Source: Chitinophagales bacterium (lineage in GTDB: Bacteria > Bacteroidota > Bacteroidia > Chitinophagales > UBA10324). From it: DNA of 64,000 nucleotides. Where the stretch lies: assembly GCA_025056305.1 (NCBI GenBank), contig JANWWJ010000031.1, positions 134,192 to 198,191 of the forward strand. The letters run 5' to 3'. This document shows positions 40,097 through 49,236 of the stretch, piece after piece. The stretch's first letter is position 1. Every line of letters begins with the position of its first letter. The notes below the pieces were generated by a model. The model did no database searches, was not told the origin of the DNA, and was given only the letters and a program-made list of their open reading frames with translations. Both the position numbers and the translations under genes were made by a program.

Positions 40097-42301
40097 TTAA
40101 CGAACCACAAGAAGTTTGTTCACCCTTTGTTGCGCAGCATGTATCAGCTGAACCACGTACCAACCCGACGGAAGATCATGCACGGCCAACTCTGAAGTCG
40201 ATGTGGTCACAAAGGTGTGTTTGCGCAGCCGGCCCAATGCATCCAGAAATATAACCTCAGCCTCCGGGAGGTTGGATCGTAAAAAAATTCGATCCTTAGC
40301 CGGATTGGGATAGACAAAAATTTCCTGCGCCTCCAAAACTTCTGGTGTGCCTACGAATTTGCTATCGTAGAAAGTAACGCCGCCCCGATAATTTCCCACC
40401 AATAGGTCCACCCAGCCATCACCGTTGACGTCGGCACCTGAAACCGTAGAGCGATACCCAACGTTAATGCCCGCATAGGCACTGTCGACGAGCGTAAAAT
40501 TTCCCGTTAAGTTTCCATCTATGTTTTTATAATGCATTAATGTGCCCCTTTCTCCTCCCACTAGAAGCTGATAGCCGTTCCCATCGTTGTTGTCAAATAA
40601 AAAAGGCACCGAATAGCCCGTGGTATAGCCGGGAAGATTTACCTTAACCCCGCCGAAAAAATTCGTTACCAAGTTGAATTTAGGCTGAGCAGCAGTGCCT
40701 GAGTTCTGATAATAATTCAGATTGCCACTTTCCTCACCTATGAGCAGGTCCAGCAAGCCATCGCGGTTCACATCCACCAGTTGAGGCGTGCTGAAGTTTC
40801 CCACATCAATATTAGCATAGTTGGGAGCCTGAAAGACGAATTTGGCCGGAGCACCAGGGGCTGCTATGTTTCGGAAGAACAGCAGGGTGCCGTCTTCCCT
40901 TCCGGTGAGCATGTCGGCATCCCCATCGCCATCCAAGTCGCCAAAAGTGGGCGGTAAGGACGTGACCCCTAAATCGCTGATTTGGGCATAATCTGTAGTG
41001 ACCAACTTAAAGGCCGGTTGTTGCGGGGTACCTGTATTCTCTAAGTAGGCCAACTGCCCCAATTGTATTTGAAACAAATCCGGGCGGAAGTAGCCTCTGT
41101 TTCCGGCAACAATGTCTGCGAGCCCATCGGCATTGGCATCAAAAAAAACGGCATAACATCCTTCGCCAAAGTCGAGCATGTCGCCTACAAAAAAGGTGTC
41201 GGTTTGAAAGGCAAACGAAGCGGTGATGCTGTTGCCCTGGTTGCGGTAATACCATACGCAACGGTAATTTTCAGAACCTCCGGCGGCATTTGGAGCTACC
41301 AGCATGTCCTTAAGTCCATCATTATCCACATCAACAAGAAATGCTGCAGGAAACACAAACACATCTGCAGAAACATCATAGGAAGGGAAAAGCGTATCCT
41401 GCCAGCACATGTGGGCGTCGGCGGTGCTGCCACAGTTGTGCAAATACACCAGATTGGTGTAAGAAATATCGCCGGTCACCAACTCTTTGACCCCATCGCC
41501 ATCATTGTCCCACGACAGCAAGGTAGAGCCTGCATGAAGGCGCGGATTAGCCACGGGCTCGTCGCCTGATGGCTTCTGAAACGGGCATGGTACGTTAAGG
41601 GAATCTTCGCGCCGAAACCCACTTTCAAAAAAGTCGCCCCAACAATCATCTTTTTTGACAAACCGTAAAGTATCACACCCTTGCCCGGCTTCCTGACTTA
41701 AATTTTCAAAATACGTTACAAACCCCCCTCCGATATGAAAGGTAAGTATGTCTTTGTCGCCATCGTTGTTGACATCTACAATAGCGGGAATGTCAATGGG
41801 ACTAACGAAAAGGTTGACTTCAAAGCCACTGACGGGATATTTCAATAAGCTGTCGGCATTTTCGAAATAGATCATGTTGTTGGCATTGAAAAAACCCCGA
41901 TATACCTGAATACCAAAACCCGGATCCGTGACTGGCCCGCGGGTAAAACACCAGATGTCCGGAATATTATCGCAGTTATAGTCTTCAAGCAGAGCCCAGT
42001 CCGTCATCGTAGGAAAGTTGCTTTCGTATTGCGGAGCATATTGATATGAAACATTGCCTACGCTCCCGGTATTGACAAAGGTGAGCACCTTATTGCCGGT
42101 GCGATCAAAGACAAACAGGTCGGCCACTCCATCGTTATTCAAGTCACCTGCAGAGAATTGCGGGTTGTTGAGGCCCCCTACCCATGGAAAAGCAAATGGC
42201 TTGCCGTTGCTGCGGGTCACGGGAATCTGATGGTTGGCATAATGCTGAGCCCTTACCACCCCAGCCAGCAAAACCCCAAACAACAATACGCAAGTTTTCA
42301 T
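40097..42301 (-). CDS. FG-GAP/VCBS repeat protein with T9SS type-A C-terminal sorting domain
   Basis: It carries multiple DxNxDGxxD(L/I) FG-GAP-type calcium loops (DLNNDGVADLFVF, DVNNDGDKDILTF, DANADGLADIV, DLDGDGDADML, DVNRDGLLDLLIG, DVNGDGWVDLLVG) and a CTD reading VYPNPAKDRIFL...SGWYVVQL...NKLLVVR. Confidence 0.8.
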   Translation of the reverse strand: MKTCVLLFGVLLAGVVRAQHYANHQIPVTRSNGKPFAFPWVGGLNNPQFSAGDLNNDGVADLFVFDRTGNKVLTFVNTGSVGNVSYQYAPQYESNFPTMTDWALLEDYNCDNIPDIWCFTRGPVTDPGFGIQVYRGFFNANNMIYFENADSLLKYPVSGFEVNLFVSPIDIPAIVDVNNDGDKDILTFHIGGGFVTYFENLSQEAGQGCDTLRFVKKDDCWGDFFESGFRREDSLNVPCPFQKPSGDEPVANPRLHAGSTLLSWDNDGDGVKELVTGDISYTNLVYLHNCGSTADAHMCWQDTLFPSYDVSADVFVFPAAFLVDVDNDGLKDMLVAPNAAGGSENYRCVWYYRNQGNSITASFAFQTDTFFVGDMLDFGEGCYAVFFDANADGLADIVAGNRGYFRPDLFQIQLGQLAYLENTGTPQQPAFKLVTTDYAQISDLGVTSLPPTFGDLDGDGDADMLTGREDGTLLFFRNIAAPGAPAKFVFQAPNYANIDVGNFSTPQLVDVNRDGLLDLLIGEESGNLNYYQNSGTAAQPKFNLVTNFFGGVKVNLPGYTTGYSVPFLFDNNDGNGYQLLVGGERGTLMHYKNIDGNLTGNFTLVDSAYAGINVGYRSTVSGADVNGDGWVDLLVGNYRGGVTFYDSKFVGTPEVLEAQEIFVYPNPAKDRIFLRSNLPEAEVIFLDALGRLRKHTFVTTSTSELAVHDLPSGWYVVQLIHAAQQRVNKLLVVR

Positions 42302-42364
42302 CTGAAGCTAAAATAATTTTTTCCCCTCTTACCCTTTGTTGCCAAAGGCTTGCGGTCAAAGACC

Positions 42365-42970
42365 TTATGAGCGCAAGTTTTCCAAAAAATGAATCATTTG
42401 ATTAAACGCTGCACGACGATGACTTATAGAATTTTTTTGCTCTAACGTTAGTTGGGCAAGTGTGGTGGTGTATCCTTCAGGAACGAAAATAGGATCGTAA
42501 CCAAATCCCTGTTGTCCCCTCGGATGATGGGCTATGGTTCCGTTCAAAATACCTTCAAACAGATGTTCTCGGTTCTGTACGATCAAACATATAACCGCCC
42601 GAAATCTGGCTCTCCGGTGAGAGCAGTGTTGCAAGGAGGCCAGCAGTTGTTCGATGTTTTCCATATCGGTGGCGTTTGGGCCCGCATAATGCGCTGAACG
42701 CCAGCCGGGCGCTCCGTTCAGAGCTTCAACCTCAAGTCCGCTGTCATCGGCAAAGCAATCCACCTGCAGGAGCTGCGCCACATATCTCGCTTTTGCGCAT
42801 GCATTGCCTTCCAAGGTTTGGTAGGGCTCAGGCAACACATGGTCAAAATGCAAATCCTTTAGCCCTTGTAACTTAAGCCAGAAGGGAGCCATGGCCTGAT
42901 ATTCCAAAAGCTTGTGCTTGTTGAAACTGGCAAACACCAAGCTCAGCGTTCCAGGAGAGGCTTGAGACAT
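42365..42970 (-). CDS. rdgB: non-canonical purine NTP pyrophosphatase (RdgB/HAM1)
   Basis: Motifs LVFASFNKHKLLE, ADDSGLEVEALNGAPG, GTI..HPRG..GFGYDPIF, and SHR. Start at the ATG at 42970. Confidence 0.85.
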   Translation of the reverse strand: MSQASPGTLSLVFASFNKHKLLEYQAMAPFWLKLQGLKDLHFDHVLPEPYQTLEGNACAKARYVAQLLQVDCFADDSGLEVEALNGAPGWRSAHYAGPNATDMENIEQLLASLQHCSHRRARFRAVICLIVQNREHLFEGILNGTIAHHPRGQQGFGYDPIFVPEGYTTTLAQLTLEQKNSISHRRAAFNQMIHFLENLRS

Positions 42971-43422
42971 TTCCAGAAAAATTCTTTTTTCAATGCAGCA
43001 TCGGAACGCAACCGCTCCAAAGTTTCGCTGAGTGCCAAGCGTAAGCCCCGAAAGCGAAAAGGCCTGTTCAGAGGTGCCTCTAGGTTTAGGCCCCACTGCC
43101 GCGCCTGTATGCCCAACCCCAGCCAGCACGGTGCTGTAACTTGCTCCAATAATCTTCTAAATTCAAATCCTTGCTGAGGAGTAAGCACTACGGCTACTGC
43201 CTGAGAAGGAACGCTGACCTCTTTCCATTGAACTGTTTTGATTAACAGATCGCGATCATCGGGGTTTAATTCCATGTACGCTGCTGCATTGAGGAATATG
43301 GCCAACTGCAACGGTCCATCACCGGCTGCAAGTCGTTCCAACCATACGGTTTGGCTCACATTAATGTTATAAATCGTTCCTTTAATAAAATCTTCGGGCA
43401 AGATGTCAGGAAAAACAAGCAT
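42943..43422 (-). CDS. hypothetical protein
   Basis: 159-aa ORF upstream of rdgB, overlapping it by 28 nt. I recognise no motif. Confidence 0.4.
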   Translation of the reverse strand: MLVFPDILPEDFIKGTIYNINVSQTVWLERLAAGDGPLQLAIFLNAAAYMELNPDDRDLLIKTVQWKEVSVPSQAVAVVLTPQQGFEFRRLLEQVTAPCWLGLGIQARQWGLNLEAPLNRPFRFRGLRLALSETLERLRSDAALKKEFFWKCLKPLLER

Positions 43423-43496
43423 GAGCAGCTCAAAGATAAAGGCCCTATACCGCTTGGCGGAAAAGGTTTTCTACTTTAGCCTTCTGGGCTATTGGC

Positions 43497-44585
43497 ATGA
43501 AGTTTCCCATCCACATCGAACGAACCGAAGTGAGCCATTTGCATGAAGTGGATTTTTCCCAGTTGCAGTTTGGCAAATGGTACAGCGATCACATGTTCGT
43601 GGCCGAGTGGCGACACGGCCGCTGGGTTGACTGTCACATCATCCCTTTTGGCAACTTGCCCTTCAGTCCGGCCTCCTCGGCCCTGCACTATGGCCAAATC
43701 ATTTTCGAGGGGATGAAAGCATACCGCAGCCCGGAAGGGGAACCCTTGTTGTTTCGCCCCGAAATGAACCGCTGCCGATTTAACCTTTCGGCAGCGCGTA
43801 TGGCCATGCCTCAAGTGCCGGAAGCGCTCTGGCACGATGCTTTGCATGAACTAATCTGGCTGGATCGTGCCTGGATCCCCAGCCAACAGGGTGCATCCCT
43901 GTATGTGCGGCCATTTATGTTTGCTACCGACCGTTTTATTGGCATTCGACCTACCGAATACTTTAAGTTCATCATCATCACTTCACCGGCAGGCCTTTAC
44001 TATGCCCGGCCCGTAAAGGTGTTGACGATGGAAAAGTATGTGCGCGCCTTCCCGGGGGGAACCGGCTATGCCAAAGCTGCCGGTAATTACGGTGCCACCA
44101 TGTTGCCTTTGCGGGAGGCGTTACAGCACGGCTACGACCAGGTACTTTGGTTGGATGGCATTGAACACCGCTACATTCAGGAAATCGGTACGATGAATGT
44201 CTTCTTTGTTATAGATGATGTGGTGATCACTCCCGAGCTCGATGGAACCATTCTGGAAGGAGTTACGCGTGACTCGTTGATTCAGCTGTTGAAGTTGAAA
44301 GGCCTGCGCATCGAGGAGCGCAAAGTTTCCATTGATGAAATCATCGATGCAGGCGAGCGGCAACGCTTGCAAGATGCTTTCGGTAGCGGAACGGCAGCCA
44401 GTGTAGTAGCCATAGCGGAAATCATGCATCGCGGCCGTCAAATTCCTCTACCACCCGTAGAGGAGCGACGCTGGTGGAAAGAGCTGAAAGCAGAATTAGA
44501 AGGCATAAAATACGGAACCCGCCCAGATCCTTTCGGCTGGCGGGTTCCGGTCCGCAGCAGATTGCTATCGGTCGCGATGAACTAG
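43497..44585 (+). CDS. ilvE: branched-chain amino acid aminotransferase
   Basis: 362-aa fold-type IV PLP enzyme with ALHYGQIIFEGMKAY, AKAAGNYG, EIGTMNVFFV and LEGVTRDS. Confidence 0.9.
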   Translation: MKFPIHIERTEVSHLHEVDFSQLQFGKWYSDHMFVAEWRHGRWVDCHIIPFGNLPFSPASSALHYGQIIFEGMKAYRSPEGEPLLFRPEMNRCRFNLSAARMAMPQVPEALWHDALHELIWLDRAWIPSQQGASLYVRPFMFATDRFIGIRPTEYFKFIIITSPAGLYYARPVKVLTMEKYVRAFPGGTGYAKAAGNYGATMLPLREALQHGYDQVLWLDGIEHRYIQEIGTMNVFFVIDDVVITPELDGTILEGVTRDSLIQLLKLKGLRIEERKVSIDEIIDAGERQRLQDAFGSGTAASVVAIAEIMHRGRQIPLPPVEERRWWKELKAELEGIKYGTRPDPFGWRVPVRSRLLSVAMN

Positions 44586-44589
44586 CCGC

Positions 44590-45894
44590 CTAACGGGTCA
44601 CTACCAACGGCAGCGTAGTGGCCTTCCCCTCAACGCGCAAAACGACCCAGTAAAGCCCAGGCTGAAGACGATCTACCCCCATTTGCTGACGCTGAATTCC
44701 CTTACCCACGGTGCGCGGTGTCATGCTCATCAACTCACGCCCTACTACGTCAGTGAGCTGAATACTTACCTGGGCCGGGCGCGATAGGGTGAAATATAGA
44801 TCCGTCTGCTGTTGTGCCGGGTTGGGTATCAAATGCAGGTCGGCAAGGGCCGTCGCCTCCACTTCGTTGATGCCAGTCATTTCATCGCTGACGTTATAAA
44901 GAAACAGATGACGCTCAAATCCATAGCTGTCGTAGAACGCATAAGAAGGCACGAAGAGGTTATTATACCCGTACTGATCAATGCCATACCTTACCGAAGT
45001 GGTGATGATGCTTGAAACGTTGTATTCCTGTGGAATATAGGTTTGATACGTTTGCGGGCCGTTTTCTTCATAAGAAGCAAAAATCACATAATTGTATTGG
45101 TTGGCAATATTTTGAAATGGTGAATAAGAATAGCCCGGCTTGAAGGCTACAGCCATGACCACCTTACGGTTGGCAGCCACGAACAAGTCGTTCATATCAA
45201 ACAGCTTGAAGTAGAAGAACGAACTGGAATCCTCTTCATACAACGGCACCTTCATGGTCTTTAGTGCAGTGCCCGCATTTGGCCTGTGGGCACTCTTATT
45301 GTACTTAATAAAAGGAACATAAATGGTGTCATAACCGTAGTTCTGAAGAAAGAACGGGTCACTGTAATAATACAGCGGCAGATTAGTGCCGCCGACTGGA
45401 CTATCGAAATAGTACACCAGCAACGTATCTACAACCGATGCATCGGTGTTGCGGAAATATGCCATGACAATACCCGCACTGTCCAAATAATAGGGATCTG
45501 AATTTGTCAGGGTGACGTCGTTGATTTCATAAAAAACAAATGCCAGCGGATCCAATACGTCGCCCAACATGTGCACCCAGGGATTTCCCTCTATGGTGCC
45601 GCCATAGCCATCGCCGAAGTTGACCAAAACATTGCTATCGCTGAACAAATAATTTGCATGCAGGGCTGCGATGAATCCGTTGAGGCTGTCCATATCCAAT
45701 GCATAACACAGCCACCAGTTCATGTCCCGCACGGGCGATTTGAACTTTTGCCGATACTGCTGCATGATTTGTTCCTTACTACCTTTTACCTGAGGTACCT
45801 GAAGCATTTTACCGCCCATAGGCACATGCAGGTGCTGTGCTGTGGCCGCCTCCAACAATCCAATAGATACTGCAAGAAGGAAAAGCTTTTTCAT
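44590..45894 (-). CDS. hypothetical secreted protein with T9SS type-A C-terminal sorting domain
   Basis: It has a signal peptide (LLEAATAQ) and a C-terminal LHLIPNPAQQQTDLYF...PGLYWVVLRVEGKATTLPLVVTR. I do not recognise the body domain. Confidence 0.6.
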   Translation of the reverse strand: MKKLFLLAVSIGLLEAATAQHLHVPMGGKMLQVPQVKGSKEQIMQQYRQKFKSPVRDMNWWLCYALDMDSLNGFIAALHANYLFSDSNVLVNFGDGYGGTIEGNPWVHMLGDVLDPLAFVFYEINDVTLTNSDPYYLDSAGIVMAYFRNTDASVVDTLLVYYFDSPVGGTNLPLYYYSDPFFLQNYGYDTIYVPFIKYNKSAHRPNAGTALKTMKVPLYEEDSSSFFYFKLFDMNDLFVAANRKVVMAVAFKPGYSYSPFQNIANQYNYVIFASYEENGPQTYQTYIPQEYNVSSIITTSVRYGIDQYGYNNLFVPSYAFYDSYGFERHLFLYNVSDEMTGINEVEATALADLHLIPNPAQQQTDLYFTLSRPAQVSIQLTDVVGRELMSMTPRTVGKGIQRQQMGVDRLQPGLYWVVLRVEGKATTLPLVVTR

Positions 45895-45953
45895 GTGTCG
45901 AATTTTACTTCGCTAATTTATGGATCGAAAAGACATCATCAACCCATTGACTG

Positions 45954-46916
45954 TTACCTGACTACGGCCAAGCGGTGTATGCTTCGGCATTCTTCGGTTT
46001 CTACCACCACCAGATAGATCCCATTAGGCAAGCTTCGAACCGATAACACATGCGGATTATGGCTGATGATTTGATCGCTCAGACACGGGGTGCCTGTGGC
46101 AGACCTGATCTGCATGCGTGCTTTTTGACCAGCTTTCGCCAACTGAATTACGATGGCATCCTCATGTGTACTATAAAAAACCCGAACCCAATTTGAGTCA
46201 TCGGCTTTTTCAAAACCAACTAGGGCATTGAACGTACCCACCGGGAAAATGGCCAAGTCAACGTCGAGCACCCAGGAGTGCAGTAGCGTATGCCAGGTGC
46301 CGTCAGCCCAACGTTCCCACGACCAGTGTGGGAACTGACGGCAGCCGTTGTCGGTGGATTGCAGCACCACGGTATCGCCACTCTGTACGGGAAGCTGTAG
46401 GCTTACAAAAAATGAATCGCCTTGCAACTGGACGGGCGCCGCAAAACCAAAGCTGCTTAGTTCACCGTTAGTGGGCAACTCGCTTAGCATAATCGGATCA
46501 CTGATGGCCAACAGCTCCCCCGGTGAAGACGAGGCAGGGCTTTTTCCATAAACAAGTATTTGTACCGTTGCATCGGGATGAGCTATGGTCTTATAGACCA
46601 CACGGATTAAAACCCGTTCCAGCTCAGCCGGAGTCGCATAGCCCAAAGCCTGAAGCGAAAAAAACTGTGCCTTTTCCCGATCCCCATACACATTGTTTCC
46701 TGTGACATAGCCTCCAGCTGGTGCAGCATAATATCCCAAAAAACAACCCAAGCCTCCTTGCTGCACTGGCACAAAACTCTTTAAGCGTAAAGTGTCTTCC
46801 CATAACCGATTTAGATATATACTTTTTATGGATGAATTAGGAGTTGCTTTAAGCGTTGCATCGGGAACGACAAACCATACCACCCCCCAAAAAAAAGAGC
46901 AGATTGTGTACCGCAC
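45954..46916 (-). CDS. hypothetical secreted protein with T9SS-like C-terminal sorting domain
   Basis: It has a hydrophobic N-terminus and a C-terminal ~80 aa ending ...LPNGIYLVVVETEECRSIHRLAVVR. The body is unrecognised. Confidence 0.55.
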   Translation of the reverse strand: MRYTICSFFWGVVWFVVPDATLKATPNSSIKSIYLNRLWEDTLRLKSFVPVQQGGLGCFLGYYAAPAGGYVTGNNVYGDREKAQFFSLQALGYATPAELERVLIRVVYKTIAHPDATVQILVYGKSPASSSPGELLAISDPIMLSELPTNGELSSFGFAAPVQLQGDSFFVSLQLPVQSGDTVVLQSTDNGCRQFPHWSWERWADGTWHTLLHSWVLDVDLAIFPVGTFNALVGFEKADDSNWVRVFYSTHEDAIVIQLAKAGQKARMQIRSATGTPCLSDQIISHNPHVLSVRSLPNGIYLVVVETEECRSIHRLAVVR

Positions 46917-46957
46917 GTTGCAAAAGATGTTTTACGGCTCTCGAGCAAAAGTACTGA

Positions 46958-47773
46958 GTGGCCGACATTCTCTATGTTTGGCATCTCAGCGCTTGGCGCA
47001 TGTGGGCTTCATGGCTTCGTTATGGAATTCTTCTGCTCAAACCTCTGCCGAAGCACAATGCCTTTCTGCACGCATTTCGCCGGCATGTGCTGCGTGACAA
47101 AAGACATTATTATTGTTTTGATGCAATCGAGCACCTACGGCAACAGCTGCTGCGTGATTCCAGAGCGGTACCTGTGACCGGCTGGGGCGCTGGCAGCCGG
47201 CACCGCCGAAACTACGCTCCGATATCTTTTTTGACGCGCCACGTTTCGTTACCACCCCGATACGGCCGCTTGCTGTTTAGGCTATGCCTTCAGGTTTGCC
47301 CTCAAAATATTTTAGAGCTGGGAACAGGTCTTGGTTTAGCTACCCTCTATCTGGCCGCTTCGCAGAAAACAGCGCGGGTGATTACTGTAGAGGGGAATCC
47401 TCATCTGGCCGCTTTGGCCCGCTCCCATTTTGCGCTGCTGGGATGCTCAAACGTCGAGCTGATGGAAATGTCGTTCGACCATGCCCTTTCCGTACTGCAG
47501 ACCCGAGCATGCTGCTTCGACATGGTGGTTATCGATGGCGATCACCGCGGAAAGGCTACTCTACGATACATGACTACATTATTGCCCATCCTTGCTCAAA
47601 AAGCTCTCGTTGTTTTAGACGACATTCGTTGGTCGGGCGATATGGCAAAGGCATGGCATCAGCTCATCATGCATCCTTCGGTTTGCCTCAGTATTGATCT
47701 CTTCCGGATGGGGCTGTTGCTGCTGGATCACAACCCAGGCCCTAATCATGTGGCAATGTGGTATGGCCTGTAA
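46958..47773 (+). CDS. class I SAM-dependent methyltransferase (O-methyltransferase family 3-like)
   Basis: It has the SAM motif ILELGTGLGLATLYLA, a VVIDGDH acidic motif, and LVVLDDIRW. The substrate is unknown. Confidence 0.6.
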   Translation: MADILYVWHLSAWRMWASWLRYGILLLKPLPKHNAFLHAFRRHVLRDKRHYYCFDAIEHLRQQLLRDSRAVPVTGWGAGSRHRRNYAPISFLTRHVSLPPRYGRLLFRLCLQVCPQNILELGTGLGLATLYLAASQKTARVITVEGNPHLAALARSHFALLGCSNVELMEMSFDHALSVLQTRACCFDMVVIDGDHRGKATLRYMTTLLPILAQKALVVLDDIRWSGDMAKAWHQLIMHPSVCLSIDLFRMGLLLLDHNPGPNHVAMWYGL

Positions 47774-47778
47774 TTCCC

Positions 47779-48306
47779 TTACTTTTTTGAATCAGGATTT
47801 TCGGGCATAAACAAGGCCCGCAAAGCATCGGCATCTTCGGCCTTGAGCTTTCCGGCTAGGATCAACCGCAACTGACGGCGCCGCATCGCTCCGTCAAACA
47901 GGCGGCGTTCTTCCTCATTGGTGGGCACAACATCAGGCACCACCAATGGCTGCTTGCGTTCGTCCAGGGCCACAAAGGTGTAGTAAGCTTCATTGCATTT
48001 GATGCGTTGGTTGCGCGGAATGTTTTCTGCCCATACTTCCACAAACACTTCCATCGATGTGCGAAAAGTTCGGGTGACCCTGGCCCGAATGGTCACCACA
48101 CTGCCCAACTCAATTGCATGACGAAACGAAACGCCATCTACCGACACCGTGACTACGACGGCCCGGCTGTGCTTGGTGGCTGCAATCGAGGAACATTCAT
48201 CCATCCAGTACAACAATCGCCCCCCGTGCAACGTCCCCAAGGGATTGGTGTCGTTAGGCTGGACCACCAGCGTCATCCAAGTCTCGCTGTCAGCAGGTGA
48301 GGCCAT
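47779..48306 (-). CDS. acyl-CoA thioesterase (hotdog fold, YciA/BFIT-like)
   Basis: VQPNDTNPLGTLHGGRLLYWMDE... is a typical hotdog thioesterase motif. Length is 175 aa. Confidence 0.8.
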   Translation of the reverse strand: MASPADSETWMTLVVQPNDTNPLGTLHGGRLLYWMDECSSIAATKHSRAVVVTVSVDGVSFRHAIELGSVVTIRARVTRTFRTSMEVFVEVWAENIPRNQRIKCNEAYYTFVALDERKQPLVVPDVVPTNEEERRLFDGAMRRRQLRLILAGKLKAEDADALRALFMPENPDSKK

Positions 48307-48318
48307 CTTGATTTTTTT

Positions 48319-49203
48319 TTAAACGTAAACAGAAGTCGTAACGGCCACTTGGTCGTTGATTCGGCGGATCATTCCGCTGATTACGTGCGGTGGTCCGCAA
48401 TCCACAAATTCAGTGACTCCGTCATAAATCATGTTGATAATAGTTGTCTGCCACAGCAAGGGCTTTACCTGCTGCAGGATCAAACAGCGCTTGATTTCCT
48501 CCAGATCAGTAGTGGCCTTACCGGTGACGTTCGGATAAATCGGGCAACGGGGTTTCTTGAAAGGAATTTGCGGCAGTTTTTTTTCCAAATAATCCACCAC
48601 TGGCTGCATGAGCGGGGAATGCACCGCACCACCTACTTTGAGTTCAACCAACCTACGGGCCCCGTGCTGTTTCAAAATGTCGCAAGCCTCATCTACGGCC
48701 TCTACCTCACCGGCTATGACAAGCTGACCGGGGCAATTGTAATTGGCAGGTACGACCAGCCCATCAACTTGGGCCAAACACATTTCTACCTGTTCTTCAC
48801 TCAAACCCAGCACGGCCACCATTTTTGCAGGGCGTGCGCGAAACGCTTTTTCCATTTGTTCCGCTCGTTCCGCCATCAACAGTAGGCCCTCTTCAAAACT
48901 GAGCGCGCCGCAAGCAACCAGGGCTGTGGTTTCCCCTAAACTGTGACCGGCTACGCAATCGGGGTTGAACTGATCGCCGTCTTTTAACGATTGCAACAGG
49001 GAAACAAGAAAGATCGCATTCTGCGTAATTGCTGTTTCCAGCAGCTTTTCTTCCGGACCGTAAAACATGATGTCCGTGATCCGGTATCCCAACAGACGAT
49101 TGGCTTTTTCAAATAGCTCACGTGCCAACGGGTAATTGTCGTACAGCTTCTTACCCATGCCGACGTACTGGAACCCCTGGCCCGGATACAGATATGCTTT
49201 CAT
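48319..49203 (-). CDS. divergent malonyl-CoA:ACP transacylase paralog
   Basis: It has the nucleophile elbow GHSLGE, GAVHSPLM and NYNCPGQLVIAG. The N-terminal motif is GQGFQ rather than GQGSQ. I estimate roughly 45% identity by eye to the adjacent fabD. Confidence 0.8.
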   Translation of the reverse strand: MKAYLYPGQGFQYVGMGKKLYDNYPLARELFEKANRLLGYRITDIMFYGPEEKLLETAITQNAIFLVSLLQSLKDGDQFNPDCVAGHSLGETTALVACGALSFEEGLLLMAERAEQMEKAFRARPAKMVAVLGLSEEQVEMCLAQVDGLVVPANYNCPGQLVIAGEVEAVDEACDILKQHGARRLVELKVGGAVHSPLMQPVVDYLEKKLPQIPFKKPRCPIYPNVTGKATTDLEEIKRCLILQQVKPLLWQTTIINMIYDGVTEFVDCGPPHVISGMIRRINDQVAVTTSVYV

Positions 49204-49236
49204 CCAAAATTTCTTTACGTAAATTCTTAATGGAAG

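Noticed and set aside
34748-42301. The idea that the adhesin block is a genomic island integrated at tRNA-Leu.
   Set aside because: The tRNA is on the minus strand, so its 3' end, the usual attachment site, faces the dpm1-like gene rather than the adhesin block. I saw no integrase and no direct repeat of the tRNA 3' end near 42.3 kb.
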